DNA of 48,944 nucleotides, filler included, from an uncultured virus (IMG/VR IMGVR_UViG_2049941000_000076) (9 parts of one record of this genome joined end to end with filler, not necessarily neighbours in it); one strand, 5' to 3'. Positions 20,895 to 31,855 are shown, numbered from the whole stretch's first letter. Numbers and translations: made by a program. Notes: generated from the letters alone by a model not told the origin.

Positions 20895-21389
20895 AGTATA
20901 TCCAATTCATACGAAAAAAAGAGATTGCAAACATCTCTGCGGGATTTGAATCGGATAAAAGTTCCTACAATGCAAATCTTTTTGATTGGCAAAGAGATAT
21001 TGTTCATTGGGCATTGAAAAAAGGCAGAGCATGTTTGTTTGAGGATTGCGGTCTTGGTAAGACTTTACAGCAGCTTTGCTTTTCTGAAGAAGTTGTAAAG
21101 CATACCGGGAAGCCTGTTATTATTGTCGCTCCGCTTGCGGTTGCAAGTCAGACAAAGCGTGAGGGTGAGAAATTCGGTATTGATGTTAATATCTGCCGGA
21201 CGCAGGATGATGTAAAAGGCGGAATCAACATTACAAATTATGAAATGATCCATCATTTCGATGAATCTGCTTTTTCCGGAGTTGTTCTAGATGAATCCAG
21301 TATCTTGAAAAACAGCACCGGAACAATCAGAACAGCGTTAATTGATAAATTCAAGCGTACACCGTATAGATTATGCTGTACAGCAACGC
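20895..21389 (+). CDS. SF2 (SNF2/DEAD-like) helicase fragment
   Basis: Walker A-like CGLGKT, ITNYE, VVLDESS, TAT motifs. Confidence 0.85.
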
Positions 21390-21399
21390 NNNNNNNNNN

Positions 21400-21664
21400 A
21401 TTTCATCGAGGTTCAGGCATGGCGGCAGGCTGCTGAATTCGTCGGCAGATATTTCAGCAAGGGCGATGCAATCACGGTTGAGGGCAGTCTCCGGAACAAT
21501 AACTTTGAGGACAGAAACGGAGTGAAGCATTTCGGCTATGTTGTGCAGGCTGATAACGTCGGTTTCGGTGGCGGCAAATCAGACAACGGGAACGGCGGCA
21601 GCGGTCAGCAGTACAGTGACGAATATGCAAAAGCCGGAACGCCTAAGCAGTCGCAAGCAAGACC
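21400..21664 (+). CDS. ssb: Single-stranded DNA-binding protein, C-terminal fragment
   Basis: FIEVQAWRQAAEFVGRYFSKG..I.VEGSL. Confidence 0.9.
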
Positions 21665-21765
21665 NNNNNNNNNNNNNNNNNNNNNNNNNNNNNNNNNNNN
21701 NNNNNNNNTTAATTAATTAANNNNNNNNNNNNNNNNNNNNNNNNNNNNNNNNNNNNNNNNNNNNT

Positions 21766-22050
21766 TCGTGGTTCATGTTCGCCGGTGCTTCCGGTGTCGG
21801 CAAGACGCATCTTTGCACCGCGATATGCTCAGAGCTTGCGAAACGTGGACGGAGCATAAAGTATGTACAGTGGAAACGGCTGTGTGCTCAGCTCATCCAG
21901 ACGAAATTCAAGCTGACAGAGCAAGACGCGATCATGCAGGAAATGTCAGAATCGGATGTTCTGTATATTGACGATTTCCTCAAAACAGCCGGAAACGTGA
22001 ATCCGTCAGAGGAAGCGCTGAGCTATGCGCTTGACATCATCGACGCAAGA
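21766..22050 (+). CDS. DnaC/IstB-like helicase loader ATPase, internal fragment
   Basis: GASGVGKTHL (Walker A) and VLYIDDF (Walker B). Confidence 0.88.
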
Positions 22051-22250
22051 NNNNNNNNNNGCAGACAATCGCGGTGATGTGCAAAGCATTAAATGTGCTT
22101 TACGGATTCGGCAAAGAACGCCTGAAAAAGCTCATCGAAAGCTCTGAGGGCATCGGCACGATGATGCACGACACGAACAGCGACTATGACGGCGCAGTTG
22201 AATGGCTGCGGGATGCTATGGGGATTGACCTTACAGGAGAGTGATGAAAA

Positions 22251-22679
22251 ATGAATGACAGCCTGATTCAAAAGGAAAAAGACGCTATCGAACGGCTGAG
22301 AGCTTTTGAACCGAAAAACGGCGAACCGTATTATCTCTGCTATTCTGGAGGCAAGGATTCAGATGTTATCCGCATCCTTGCACAGCTTGCCGGAGTGAAG
22401 CACGAGATTCACCATAATCTTACGACGGTAGATGCGCCTGAAACGGTACAGTACGTTAAAAGCATTCCGGGTGTTATTATCGACAAGGCACGATATGAGG
22501 ACGGCACTCCGAAAACCATGTGGAATCTCATTCCGAAAAAGAAGATGCCGCCAACACGGATTGTCCGTTGGTGTTGCTCCGAACTGAAAGAGCAGGGCGG
22601 CAAAGGGAGACTGAAAATAACAGGCGTTCGGTGGGCTGAATCTACGAACCGCAGAAACAATACTGTACATTGCATGAAT
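22251..22679 (+). CDS. PAPS reductase-family (CysH/DndC-like) protein, 3' truncated
   Basis: YSGGKDS PP-loop, RWCC..LKE, GVRWAES..R motifs. Confidence 0.88.
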
Positions 22680-22689
22680 NNNNNNNNNN

Positions 22690-23002
22690 GAAAGATAAAG
22701 ATAAAGAAGAAGATAAAGAGAAAGATATTATATATGCGGACAAGCCGCAAACGCGCAAGCGCTTCTCTCCCCCATCAGTTGAGGAAGTGTCTGCTTATTG
22801 CAAAGAGCGCGGCAACACGGTCGATGCTCAGCGATTTGTAAACTACTACTCATCTAACGGCTGGAAGGTCGGCAGAAACCCCATGAAAGACTGGAAAGCG
22901 GCAGTGAGAACGTGGGAGCGAAACAACTACGGCGGAAAATCAAACGCTTCTCAGCAGGAGGTAGACTACTATGCCGGACTTGATGACGAATGTATTTTCT
23001 GA
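22690..23002 (+). CDS. Replication initiator, C-terminal fragment
   Basis: KDKDKEEDK linker, then F.PPSVEEV.AYC.ER...DAQRF..YY..NGW.VG..PMKDWKAAVRTWE. Confidence 0.85.
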
Positions 23003-23294
23003 TAATCCGTTTCGGGATATGATTCCGGAGGAATACCAGCGGAAAGAACCTCTCACGGCTGAGGAATACGCAAGGAGACAATGCGAGTGGTACAATAATT
23101 CAATCGGCACTCTTGACGGGCTTGATTGCCCTGAGTGCAAGAATCGCGGCTATTTTCAGATTCTCGGTGATGACGGTGAGCGGCACATGAGAGAATGCAA
23201 GTGCATGAGCAAGCGGCGGTATGTGCGTATGATGCACAGCTCAGGTCTTGGCGATCTGTACGAAAGATGCACCTTTGAAACTTACATCGTGTAG
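22971..23294 (+). CDS. DnaC-like loader, N-terminal Zn-binding fragment
   Basis: CPECKNRG...ECKC...SGL...TFE directly after the initiator. Confidence 0.75.
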   Translation: MPDLMTNVFSDNPFRDMIPEEYQRKEPLTAEEYARRQCEWYNNSIGTLDGLDCPECKNRGYFQILGDDGERHMRECKCMSKRRYVRMMHSSGLGDLYERCTFETYIV

Positions 23295-23424
23295 AAATTC
23301 NNNNNNNNNNNNNNNNNNAAGCACTCGGTGGCAGAATCCGCGAACGGACAAAAGGAAACATCATCATGAATGAGCGGAAGCCGGGGCGCAATTACCGGAT
23401 GAGAAATGCGACAGGAGGTACAGA

Positions 23425-23646
23425 GTGAAAAACTATGAGCGATTCTTCAAACTTGCCCTGATTGATATTCTCGGCAAGATGAATCAAAACCTGAGAACGA
23501 ATCCGAAACCGGGCTGCGGCAAGCCGTGCATCATGTACGCGCTGGAAGATGGTTTCGGAGATTACACGAGAATCAAGCTGTGCGCGAAGAACGGCAAAGA
23601 TTGCGACAAGTGCATTGCCGCTTGGTTACAGGATGAGGTGCGGTGA
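23425..23646 (+). CDS. Small Cys-rich hypothetical protein
   Basis: AGGAGG SD and C..CI..WL motif. Confidence 0.6.
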   Translation: MKNYERFFKLALIDILGKMNQNLRTNPKPGCGKPCIMYALEDGFGDYTRIKLCAKNGKDCDKCIAAWLQDEVR

Positions 23647-23851
23647 TGGGCAAACAGGTCACAAGAAAAAAGATTCGTGTCAAAGGACAGATCGTAAAAA
23701 ATGAAATTATGATTATTCCGTCATTCGGAGTGATAAACGAGCGTCCGTATTTCGGTTATCCTGTAATTGCAATCGCATTCGGCTGGCTCTGTTTCAGATT
23801 CAAAATTGAGTTTGGAATTAGAATTGTGAAATTCTGAAAGGAGCGGGAGAA

Positions 23852-24154
23852 ATGGACATTGAGGAATACAAGAAATCCATGCCGAAATGTAAAGACTGCA
23901 CTGGTTTCGGTTGGGGCGAATGCAAAACCGCAGGAGAGAACGAGGTTGCGTGCAAAGACTTTGAACGGAATCCGAAACTCACAAACGGTGGCAGAATCCG
24001 TCAGATGACGGACGAGGAGCTTGCGGATTTTCTCACGGATCACGAGAGCGTCTGCTGCTTATGCGCCTATGAAGTTTGCAATGACGACGCAGAATGCGAA
24101 AAAGGCGTGCTTGAATGGCTGCGGAAGGATGTGAGCGAAGATGCGCTTGATTGA
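23852..24154 (+). CDS. Cys-rich phage hypothetical protein
   Basis: TNG.RIR.MTDEELA.FL..C..C..C...WL motif common in Firmicutes phages. Confidence 0.65.
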   Translation: MDIEEYKKSMPKCKDCTGFGWGECKTAGENEVACKDFERNPKLTNGGRIRQMTDEELADFLTDHESVCCLCAYEVCNDDAECEKGVLEWLRKDVSEDALD

Positions 24155-24458
24155 TGCGGATGCGCTTATGAAAAAGGTCTGCGGGAACTGTCAACGAAAC
24201 GACTGCACACCAGATGCAACGGATACGGTGTACGGCTGTATGTTCGATGAAAGTATCAACCAGATGCCCACAATCGAGCCGGAAGTGCGGCGCGGGCGGT
24301 GGATTATAAAACGTGATGAATTTTACACAGCATATAATATGTATTATGCAGAGTGTAGTGAATGTAAGCACACAGAATCAACGGGTATGGCAGAACGCAT
24401 AAAATACTGCCCGAACTGTGGCGCACAAATGGACGGAGGTGCTGACAATGGAGAATGA
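24141..24458 (+). CDS. Zn-ribbon phage protein
   Basis: MRLIDADAL..CSEC..YCPNCGA.MD. Confidence 0.75.
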   Translation: MRLIDADALMKKVCGNCQRNDCTPDATDTVYGCMFDESINQMPTIEPEVRRGRWIIKRDEFYTAYNMYYAECSECKHTESTGMAERIKYCPNCGAQMDGGADNGE

Positions 24459-24565
24459 ATCGTGGTTCACGGATGACTTCAATCAGTGCGATAACTGTCC
24501 TGATTGGGATGATGAAAAAGGCTGCAAGTCGCACAGAAAAGGATGCGAGGAAGGAGGTGCTGACA

Positions 24566-24904
24566 ATGGCTGATTTGATTGATCGGGATGCGCTCGTCGT
24601 ATCGCTTTTCCCTTTGGGCAAAAAGGATGCGGCTGATATTTACAGACTGATTATGGACGCTCCCGCCGTCAACCGTTGGATTTCGGTCGAGGATGCTTTG
24701 CCGGAAATCAAAGAGTTTAATATTTCAGATACAGTATTATGCTACTGCGATTCCGGCGCACTTGCAATAGCACGACTTGAAGCAAACGGATTCGGGCAGG
24801 TCGGATTTAACTGTGAGAAAGATGACGAATATCATCATTCAGCCGGAAAGGTCCTGTACTGGATGCCGATTCCTGAAATCCCCGAACCGCCTGAAAAGGA
24901 GTGA
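24566..24904 (+). CDS. DUF551-like phage protein
   Basis: WISVED.LP...YWMPIPE.P. AGGAGG SD before ATG 24566. Confidence 0.75.
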   Translation: MADLIDRDALVVSLFPLGKKDAADIYRLIMDAPAVNRWISVEDALPEIKEFNISDTVLCYCDSGALAIARLEANGFGQVGFNCEKDDEYHHSAGKVLYWMPIPEIPEPPEKE

Positions 24905-24908
24905 TACC

Positions 24909-25020
24909 ATGCAGAAAGTCATGATTTTGGGCAAACTCCCGACAGCGAATGAATACATCGACGCTTGCAGAAAAAACCGTTATGCCGCCGCAAAGATGAA
25001 GCGCGATGCGGAAGAACTGA
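24909..25020 (+). CDS. RusA-like resolvase, N-terminal fragment
   Basis: I.GKLP..NEYI.A.R.NRY...KMK motif. Confidence 0.55.
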
Positions 25021-25471
25021 NNNNNNNNNNNNNNNNNNNNNNNNNNNNNNNNNNNNNNNNNNNNTTAATTAATTAANNNNNNNNNNNNNNNNNNNNNNNN
25101 NNNNNNNNNNNNNNNNNNNNTGGTGGCTTGGTGAAGATGTGAACCAGCTCACCATGTTCGACGAGGACGAACTCACACAAATGCTGTGGGAGATGGAAAC
25201 GGGAGAGACAAGCTATTAAACAAGGCTGATAAGCGCGTATAAGCGCATAGCAAGCGATTCTAGGCGGCTCTGCTCCGTTTCCGGTAAAACTAGGCACAGC
25301 GGAGCAGAACGCCGGAAATCGCATTCTGGATGAAATGGAGATGATACAATGCGACTGATTGAGCACGGCAAAATCTGCTCTGTAAACGCAAAGGAAAAAT
25401 CAAGGCTGCAAAAGTGGCAGGAATCGAAGAAGCGGAAAAAGGCGAAAGCAAAAAGCAAGGAGTGATGCCGC

Positions 25472-25939
25472 TTGGAATATCTCGGCTATATCCTGTTTTA
25501 CGTCGTGGTGGTGTGGTGGCTTTACAAAAAAGTCACCGCACAACGACAAGAACCAGAGGAAGAACCGGAACCAGAAGAACCGCCTGAGTTTGACGCGCTC
25601 ACACTGCACAGAGAAGTGACGCTTATCAATCAGCGCATGCGGGAACTTGAACAGCTTGACCGCATGATAATCGACTTGCGACTTTGCCGCCCGTCAGAAG
25701 CAGTGAAAGCATTCCGCGTGGAGTGGATGAGTACATCCGGTGCGGAGAACAAGATTGACCTCATGGCAGACGGTGAGAACGCGCTGACAAAGCAACTCAT
25801 CATCACGGCAGAAGCGCATCGAATCGAGATGAACAGGGAAGTGATTCAGCGGATTTACGATCTCTACACAGTTTGTTGCGAAAGAGATTATCAGAATGTG
25901 AAGCACTCCCCCGAATACAATTTTTCCGAAATGCGTTAA
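25472..25939 (+). CDS. Hypothetical membrane-anchored protein
   Basis: N-terminal hydrophobic helix, EP-rich linker, AAGGAG SD. Confidence 0.6.
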   Translation: MEYLGYILFYVVVVWWLYKKVTAQRQEPEEEPEPEEPPEFDALTLHREVTLINQRMRELEQLDRMIIDLRLCRPSEAVKAFRVEWMSTSGAENKIDLMADGENALTKQLIITAEAHRIEMNREVIQRIYDLYTVCCERDYQNVKHSPEYNFSEMR

Positions 25940-25988
25940 AGGCAGTAAGCTAAACGAAAGAAAATCGACGCGAAAGGGGAGTGAAAGA

Positions 25989-26285
25989 GTGAACTACGAT
26001 GAAACAGGCGCGGCGGTCAAGGTGTGCGAGAGGTGCGGCAAAATCATTCGGATTGAAAATTGGTTTGCCGCTATCCGGACAAAGTATTGCACTGACTGCC
26101 GCAAGGCGGTGAAGCGAATGCAGACAGCAAACTGCATGTATGAGAAGCGCAGAAAAGCGCGGGAACGCAGAAACCTTGAACGCGAAAAGATGCGGCTTCT
26201 GAACGATGAAAACGAAATCCTTCGTCGAGAACTTGCAGAGCTTCAGGCGAGAATGTGGATTGAGGAAAGGAGACTGGATAAATGA
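25989..26285 (+). CDS. Zn-ribbon/coiled-coil protein
   Basis: CERCG..KYCTDC plus a coiled coil. ATGA overlap with the methyltransferase. Confidence 0.65.
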   Translation: MNYDETGAAVKVCERCGKIIRIENWFAAIRTKYCTDCRKAVKRMQTANCMYEKRRKARERRNLEREKMRLLNDENEILRRELAELQARMWIEERRLDK

Positions 26286-27071
26286 AACACTTCGGAGATA
26301 TAACAAAGATTTCCGGCAGAGATGCTCCGGCAGTGAATGTGATTATCGGCGGCAGTCCGTGTCAGGATTTGTCAGTTGCCGGGGAAAGGNNNNNNNNNNC
26401 GCGCTTGTCGCAGATTTTGCAGGGGGGGCAGCTCCGGAAATATTATTTGAGCGCGAAAGCGTGTCAGGGAATTCTGAACAGAGCGAAGCGGCGCGGAAAG
26501 GAACTGCCGGAAATGCTACGGATTGCACTGGAACAGCAAGCGAACCAATAATACTTGAAAGCAATCAAAACCATGCGACAATAACAGATACAGGCGTATC
26601 GCCTACTCTATCCGCTTCAATGGGAATGTGTGGCGGCTATGTTCCGATGATTACAGGTTACGTGAAAGATGAACAGACCGGAATGCTGTCAACGGTGAAT
26701 AATCAGGCGGTGTGTTACGGCATATGTTCCGATAAATCAAANNNNNNNNNNGCTTGCAAGGCTATCCGGACGGCTGGACTGATATTGGCGAATGGACTGA
26801 CACGAAAGGCAAGAAGCACAAACCGGCTGATTCTCCGCGATACAAAGCACTCGGAAACAGCATTGCAATCCCGCCGTGGTTGTGGGTGCTGTCTCGGCTG
26901 AACGAGTATTGCGAAGAAAAGACAATGGCAAGTCTCTTCGATGGGATAGGCGGTTTTCCGCTGATATGGGAATTCCTGAACGGCACCGGTTCTGCGGTAT
27001 GGTGCAGCGAGATTGAGGAATTCCCTATTGCGGTGACAAAATTGCGGTTTCCGGATAATGACGAAAGGTAG
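26282..27071 (+). CDS. C5-cytosine DNA methyltransferase, circularly permuted (gapped)
   Basis: Starts GDITKI..GGSPCQD (motifs III-IV). The last fragment has LQGYPD and YKALGNS (IX-X) followed by SLFDGIGGF and SEIEEF (motifs I-II). Confidence 0.88.
26402..26551 (+). CDS. Nested overlapping ORF in the methyltransferase gene (EcoHK31I beta-like), C-terminal part
   Basis: The +1 frame reads RLSQIL..KYYLSAKACQGILNRAKRRGKELPEMLRIALE while the main frame reads ALVADFAGGAAPEILFE. Confidence 0.6.
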   Translation, partial: RLSQILQGGQLRKYYLSAKACQGILNRAKRRGKELPEMLRIALEQQANQ

Positions 27072-27080
27072 GGTGATAAA

Positions 27081-27422
27081 ATGAAACGGCGCAGGCGCAG
27101 AAAGTCGAATGACGGCGCGGCGTATGAGAAGCACGTTATGCGCAAGATGAGACTGCACTTGTGGCTTTTCGTACGGCAGTGCGGCAAAACAAACAGAGCT
27201 GATTTCGGCGGGGATATAATCGCATACGGGCTGCTTGGCAAAATCGTCGTGCAGTGCAAGTGCTACTCCGGCAAGGTAGGCGTGAAAGCCGTGCAGGAAG
27301 TCTGTGCCGCAAAGCTGTATTACGGCGCGTCACGGGCGGCAGTCGCAACAAACAGCGAGTTTACCAAAGCAGCAAAGGAACTCGCTCACAGGTGCGGTGT
27401 GCGGCTGTGGGAGAGATACTGA
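27081..27422 (+). CDS. Mrr-like restriction endonuclease domain protein
   Basis: DFGGDIIA....VQCK.Y...VG..AVQEV...TNS.FT..A..LA (Mrr_cat pattern). Confidence 0.82.
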   Translation: MKRRRRRKSNDGAAYEKHVMRKMRLHLWLFVRQCGKTNRADFGGDIIAYGLLGKIVVQCKCYSGKVGVKAVQEVCAAKLYYGASRAAVATNSEFTKAAKELAHRCGVRLWERY

Positions 27423-27440
27423 AAATGAGAGTGAAAGAGA

Positions 27441-27746
27441 GTGAAAAAATTGGAACCCCAAAAGCGATATTGTAAATTCTGCGGCGAAATGTTTGTTATA
27501 ACGAAACCGACAGAGGGCAACAAGAAATATTGCTCCGCAGAGTGTGTAAAAGAAGCGAAACGCAGGCGCTGGAATGCGTGGTCGAGATCCAATTATGTGC
27601 CTGTGAAGCCGCATGAGATCACATGCAAGAAGTGCGGCAAGCCATTTCTCGGAAAGTGGGGCGCTAAATATTGCGTCGAATGCCTTACAGACGGCAGCGA
27701 GTACATGACAAAGTTGTACATGAACAGGACGGTGAATGTAGTATGA
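27441..27746 (+). CDS. Zn-finger protein
   Basis: Four CxxC/CxxxC pairs. Confidence 0.6.
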   Translation: MKKLEPQKRYCKFCGEMFVITKPTEGNKKYCSAECVKEAKRRRWNAWSRSNYVPVKPHEITCKKCGKPFLGKWGAKYCVECLTDGSEYMTKLYMNRTVNVV

Positions 27747-27912
27747 CTGATATGCAATTAGAGTATCTTAGAGGCTTCCGTGACGGTGCAAGGCGAGAAG
27801 TACACGACGAACNNNNNNNNNNNNNNNNNNNNNNNNNNNNNNNNNNNNNNNNNNNNTTAATTAATTAANNNNNNNNNNNNNNNNNNNNNNNNNNNNNNNN
27901 NNNNNNNNNNNN

Positions 27913-28257
27913 ATGCACAAACTCACAAGCAAGCCTATCACACTAAAAGATTTCAGCCTTGACGAAACCGCTGACGATGAGGACGAAATGAGAGCGTTTT
28001 GCTATTTGGTCGGAAGCTGTGAACGTCTGCGGCAGAAGTACAACAGTACCGGCGATGTGAGGTATTGGCGAATGCTCATCGAACGCCTGCCGGAAAGCTA
28101 CAATCAACGATACACATGGCAGGCAAATTATGCTGTTTTACGTAATATGTACCATGCGCGGAAGAACCACAAGCTGGAAGAATGGCACAATTTTTGCGAG
28201 TGGTGCGAAAGCCTGCCGAATAGCTGGCTGATTACGGAGGTAAAGCGAGATGATTGA
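27913..28257 (+). CDS. ThyX-like (flavin-dependent thymidylate synthase-like) protein, C-terminal fragment
   Basis: MHKL..LPESYNQR...NY..LRNMY..RKNHKL.EW..FC. Joins the fragment at 30270-30563. Confidence 0.65.
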   Translation: MHKLTSKPITLKDFSLDETADDEDEMRAFCYLVGSCERLRQKYNSTGDVRYWRMLIERLPESYNQRYTWQANYAVLRNMYHARKNHKLEEWHNFCEWCESLPNSWLITEVKRDD

Positions 28258-28826
28258 TTTCGGTATCAAGGAAAAGCTGAAAGAGATACGCGCAGAAATG
28301 TATGCGAATCCGGAGAAGATCAAGAAAGTTGTTGCAGTAGCAAAAGAAATCGGATATTCGGAAAAAGGCTTTAGTTATGCATGGGTGCGCGTCTTTGNNN
28401 NNNNNNNTAAAAATCATCGACGGATATGCTTTTGACTACGACGAAAGCAATTATATCCTCTATGCTATCGGCATGCGTGAAAAGGGCGTATTCGGCAGCA
28501 CGACAGAAAAGACCGGTGAACTTGTCGAGTATAAGGATATTCTCGGCTTCTATTCCAGCATTACGACAATGTGCATGGCTGTTCTCANNNNNNNNNNGCG
28601 GCATATACGAAGCCGATACAAGCCGGACGCTTGACAACAACTGCGGGAATCCTGCTTGCAATCAGGGCGGGATTGCTATTGTTGAAAAGGAGTGAAAACA
28701 TGACAGTTTACTGCGATTGCGATTACTGCGAATTTAACGAGGACGGAATCTGTAATAACTTTAATGACAGAATACAGATTAACGGCGCGGCAGAGTGCGA
28801 TAGCTATATCGAAAAGGATGATAACA

Positions 28827-29224
28827 ATGAATCCGAATGAACTGTGCATCGAAATGACAAGCACGAAAAACACGGTATGCACGGACGGTATCTGTCCGAC
28901 ATTAACCGCAAGAATGGGAACAGGGGGGGGGCAAGTGAACGCTGTGTTATATGACAGGCAAAAACAAGGCGTGTACGGCGAAAATGAATGCAGTTCAACT
29001 CTGACGGCGCATGAAGCAAAAGAGGGAAACGACATTGTGTGTCAGTCATTCAGAGGAGATGTTTGCGGCACTCTCGATGCTCATTATGCACAATGCCCCG
29101 GTGCGCGCGGCGGCGTTGAGAGAGATGTTGTTGCTGCTGATTGCCGAAACGCAACGGAATCCGAAGTGAACGGAACATTGCAAGCAAAAGAGAACGGCGG
29201 CACAAGCTACAATCTGAACAATGN
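28827..29224 (+). CDS. Methyltransferase variable-region-like repeat protein fragment
   Basis: Repeated (P/S/G)TL.A motifs (PTLTARMGTGG, STLTAHE, GTLDAHY, GTLQAKE) like phage C5-MTase linkers. Confidence 0.5.
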
Positions 29225-29728
29225 NNNNNNNNNNNNNNNNNNNNNNNNNNNNNNNNNNNNNNNNNNNNNNNNNNNNNNNNNNNNNNNNNNNNNNNNNNNN
29301 NNNNNNNNNNNNNNNNNNNNNNNNNNNNNNNNNNNNNNNNNNNNNNNNNNNNNNNNNNNNNNNNNNNNNNNNNNNNNNNNNNNNNNNNNNNNNNNNNNNN
29401 NNNNNNNNNNNNNNNNNNNNNNNNNNNNNNNNNNNNNNNNNNNNNNNNNNNNNNNNNNNNNNNNNNNNNNNNNNNNNNNNNNNNNNNNNNNNNNNNNNNN
29501 NNNNNNNNNNNNNNNNNNNNNNNNNNNNNNNNNNNNNNNNNNNNNNNNNNNNNNNNNNNNNNNNNNNNNNNNNNNNNNNNNNNNNNNNNNNNNNNNNNNN
29601 NNNNNNNNNNNNNNNNNNNNNNNNNNNNNNNNNNNNNNNNNNNNNNNNNNNNNNNNNNNNNNNNNNNNNNNNNNNNNNNNNNNNNNNNNNNNNNNNNNNN
29701 NNNNNNNNNNNNNNNNNNNNNNNNNNNT

Positions 29729-30056
29729 TGCAGAAACATATAACGGCGTTTTGAATACACTGATTTCTAATATTACGATTGAAGGAATACCGGATGAAAA
29801 GTGGGTGCCGTGTATTGAGCGACTCCCTGAAAACCGTGACGATGTGCTTGTGTGGTTTGAATACTTCCGGTACGGTGAGTATAACCGCATGTATCAGACA
29901 TACGGAATCGGCAATTTTTACGGAAAACATGGCAAGCGCGAAGAATGGCTGATAAACCATGAAACAGGGTGGCAAAATCTGCGTGTGCTTGCATGGATGC
30001 CGATGCCGAAACCTTATGAACCGAAAAAAGAAAGCGAGGTGCCGCGCGATGACTAA
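29729..30056 (+). CDS. DUF551-like protein fragment
   Basis: WVPC.ERLPE...VLAWMPMPKPY. Confidence 0.7.
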
Positions 30057-30269
30057 GCAGGTAGCACCGTGCTTCGGCTGTGCAAATCGTAGAGTGGTGG
30101 ACGGCATGACTTGTCACTCTACTTGCAAGCTGTATCAGCAGTATAAACAGGCAATCGCTGACGAGAAGAAAGCCGCAATGCCGGATGTGTGTAATTCCGC
30201 ATATCACAACGCGCTCAATAGCGGAGTATTCAAAAACTGGAAATACAAGAAAGGCAAGGGAAGCACACG

Positions 30270-30563
30270 ATGATTAAAATCGAAAATACAGAAGTAACAG
30301 GATTTGAAGCTGCGGTGCGCGGCGCACGGAATCCAATGAACTCTTGGGATAAGTCCGACAGCAAATGGATTCACAGCGGAATCGACGAAACGCCGGTTTT
30401 CCAGATCGGTGAAGCGGACAGAAAGCTGCTCCTGAATCTCACGCTTGCTGGCAGCGATCACAGCAAATTTCTCAGAATGATTACCGTGACTTGTGATATC
30501 ACAGCTCCGATGTTCTGGAATGCTGAGCTTGATACTTACAAGGTCGGCACGGTGCGCAATTCG
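30270..30563 (+). CDS. ThyX-like protein, N-terminal fragment
   Basis: RGARNPMNSWDKSDS..GSDHSKFLRMI.V..DITAP..W..ELDTYKVGTVRNS. Confidence 0.65.
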
Positions 30564-30903
30564 NNNNNNNNNNNNNNNNNNNNNNNNNNNNNNNNNNNNN
30601 NNNNNNNTTAATTAATTAANNNNNNNNNNNNNNNNNNNNNNNNNNNNNNNNNNNNNNNNNNNNAAGAACCGCCGTGACAGAAAGCACGGGGCATAGCATA
30701 GTGTTTTCGCTTGCAGAAACGTACGACAGATGGCTTCTGAGCGTTTCACGGTAAGATTAGCCCCTGAACAGAAACCCCTCTAAAATCACAGTGTTTCTAC
30801 AGTGAAAACGCGATGCCCCCTTTTGCGGTGTAGCCGCCAATTGCCCCTNNNNNNNNNNCAAATCGCGTTTTAGACAGTCGAAACGCGAAGCACAGAAAAT
30901 GAG

Positions 30904-31417
30904 GTGAAAAAGCAAGTGAATATCATCTTGGAAGATTCGCGTCAGCAGGCGTCAAAGCATGAGCATGTGAACCGGTGGCTAATGGCTCATGGCATCCAGA
31001 TTCGGCGAACAAAGCTGTATGTCGGTGACTATACGCTCCCGACCGATCAAAGCACTTGTGTCGATACGAAATACGGACTGCAAGAGGTCTACGGAAACAT
31101 CGTGCAAGACCATGAGCGCTTCCGGCGTGAGATCGTGGCGGCACAGGAAGCCGGGATCCGGTTGATCGTGCTGGTTGAGGAATCCGGCATCAGCTCCGTG
31201 CAGGATGTGGCAAACTGGAATAATCCACGCNNNNNNNNNNGTGGGAGCGCACTCCGGCGTACAGACGGACGGGCAAACCGCCGACAACAAGCGCGAGTTT
31301 GGCAAAGGCAATGCAGACCATGAGCGACAAATACGGCGTGGAGTGGATGTTCTGCTCAAAGGACAAGACCGCAGAAAAGCTGTGTGAGCTGCTTCGAATA
31401 GAGGCGAACGAAAGTGA
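30904..31417 (+). CDS. ERCC4-domain nuclease (gapped)
   Basis: EDSRQQ..KL.VGDY..VDTK...E...RF.RE..LIVLVE. Confidence 0.7.
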
Positions 31418-31650
31418 AGTTTGATTTTTCACGACTGAACCGCTGCGAGTGCGGCGGAAACGATCCGTATTTTTGTATTAACCGCAAAGAAGTGATTGCA
31501 GGCAATGCAGCAATCCATGCAGAAACACGCGCACTGGATGAACGCTATCAAGCGATATGCGGCGTGTGCGACTATCAGACGCGCTGGCTCGGCACGATCG
31601 ATGCTGTAATCAGCGAATGGAATGGGAGGAACAACAATGCAGACGAATGA
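31414..31650 (+). CDS. Lar-like (restriction alleviation) Zn-ribbon protein
   Basis: CECGG...C..C...A...WN pattern. Confidence 0.5.
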   Translation: MKFDFSRLNRCECGGNDPYFCINRKEVIAGNAAIHAETRALDERYQAICGVCDYQTRWLGTIDAVISEWNGRNNNADE

Positions 31651-31855
31651 ACAGTTTGAGAAACGCTGCGGTGAGATCATCTGCGAAAACTGCAAGCACT
31701 ATCTCCCGTTTTCGTCGATGTGCATCCATCCTGACGCTTTCCAGTGCGGAGAAGTCGTGAATCCGGAGAATTGNNNNNNNNNNTTTTTTTCAGCATAGCA
31801 TAATTTGCACATGATGTGCGATTATCACGCAAATACGCCTGTTTCGATGCTCCGG

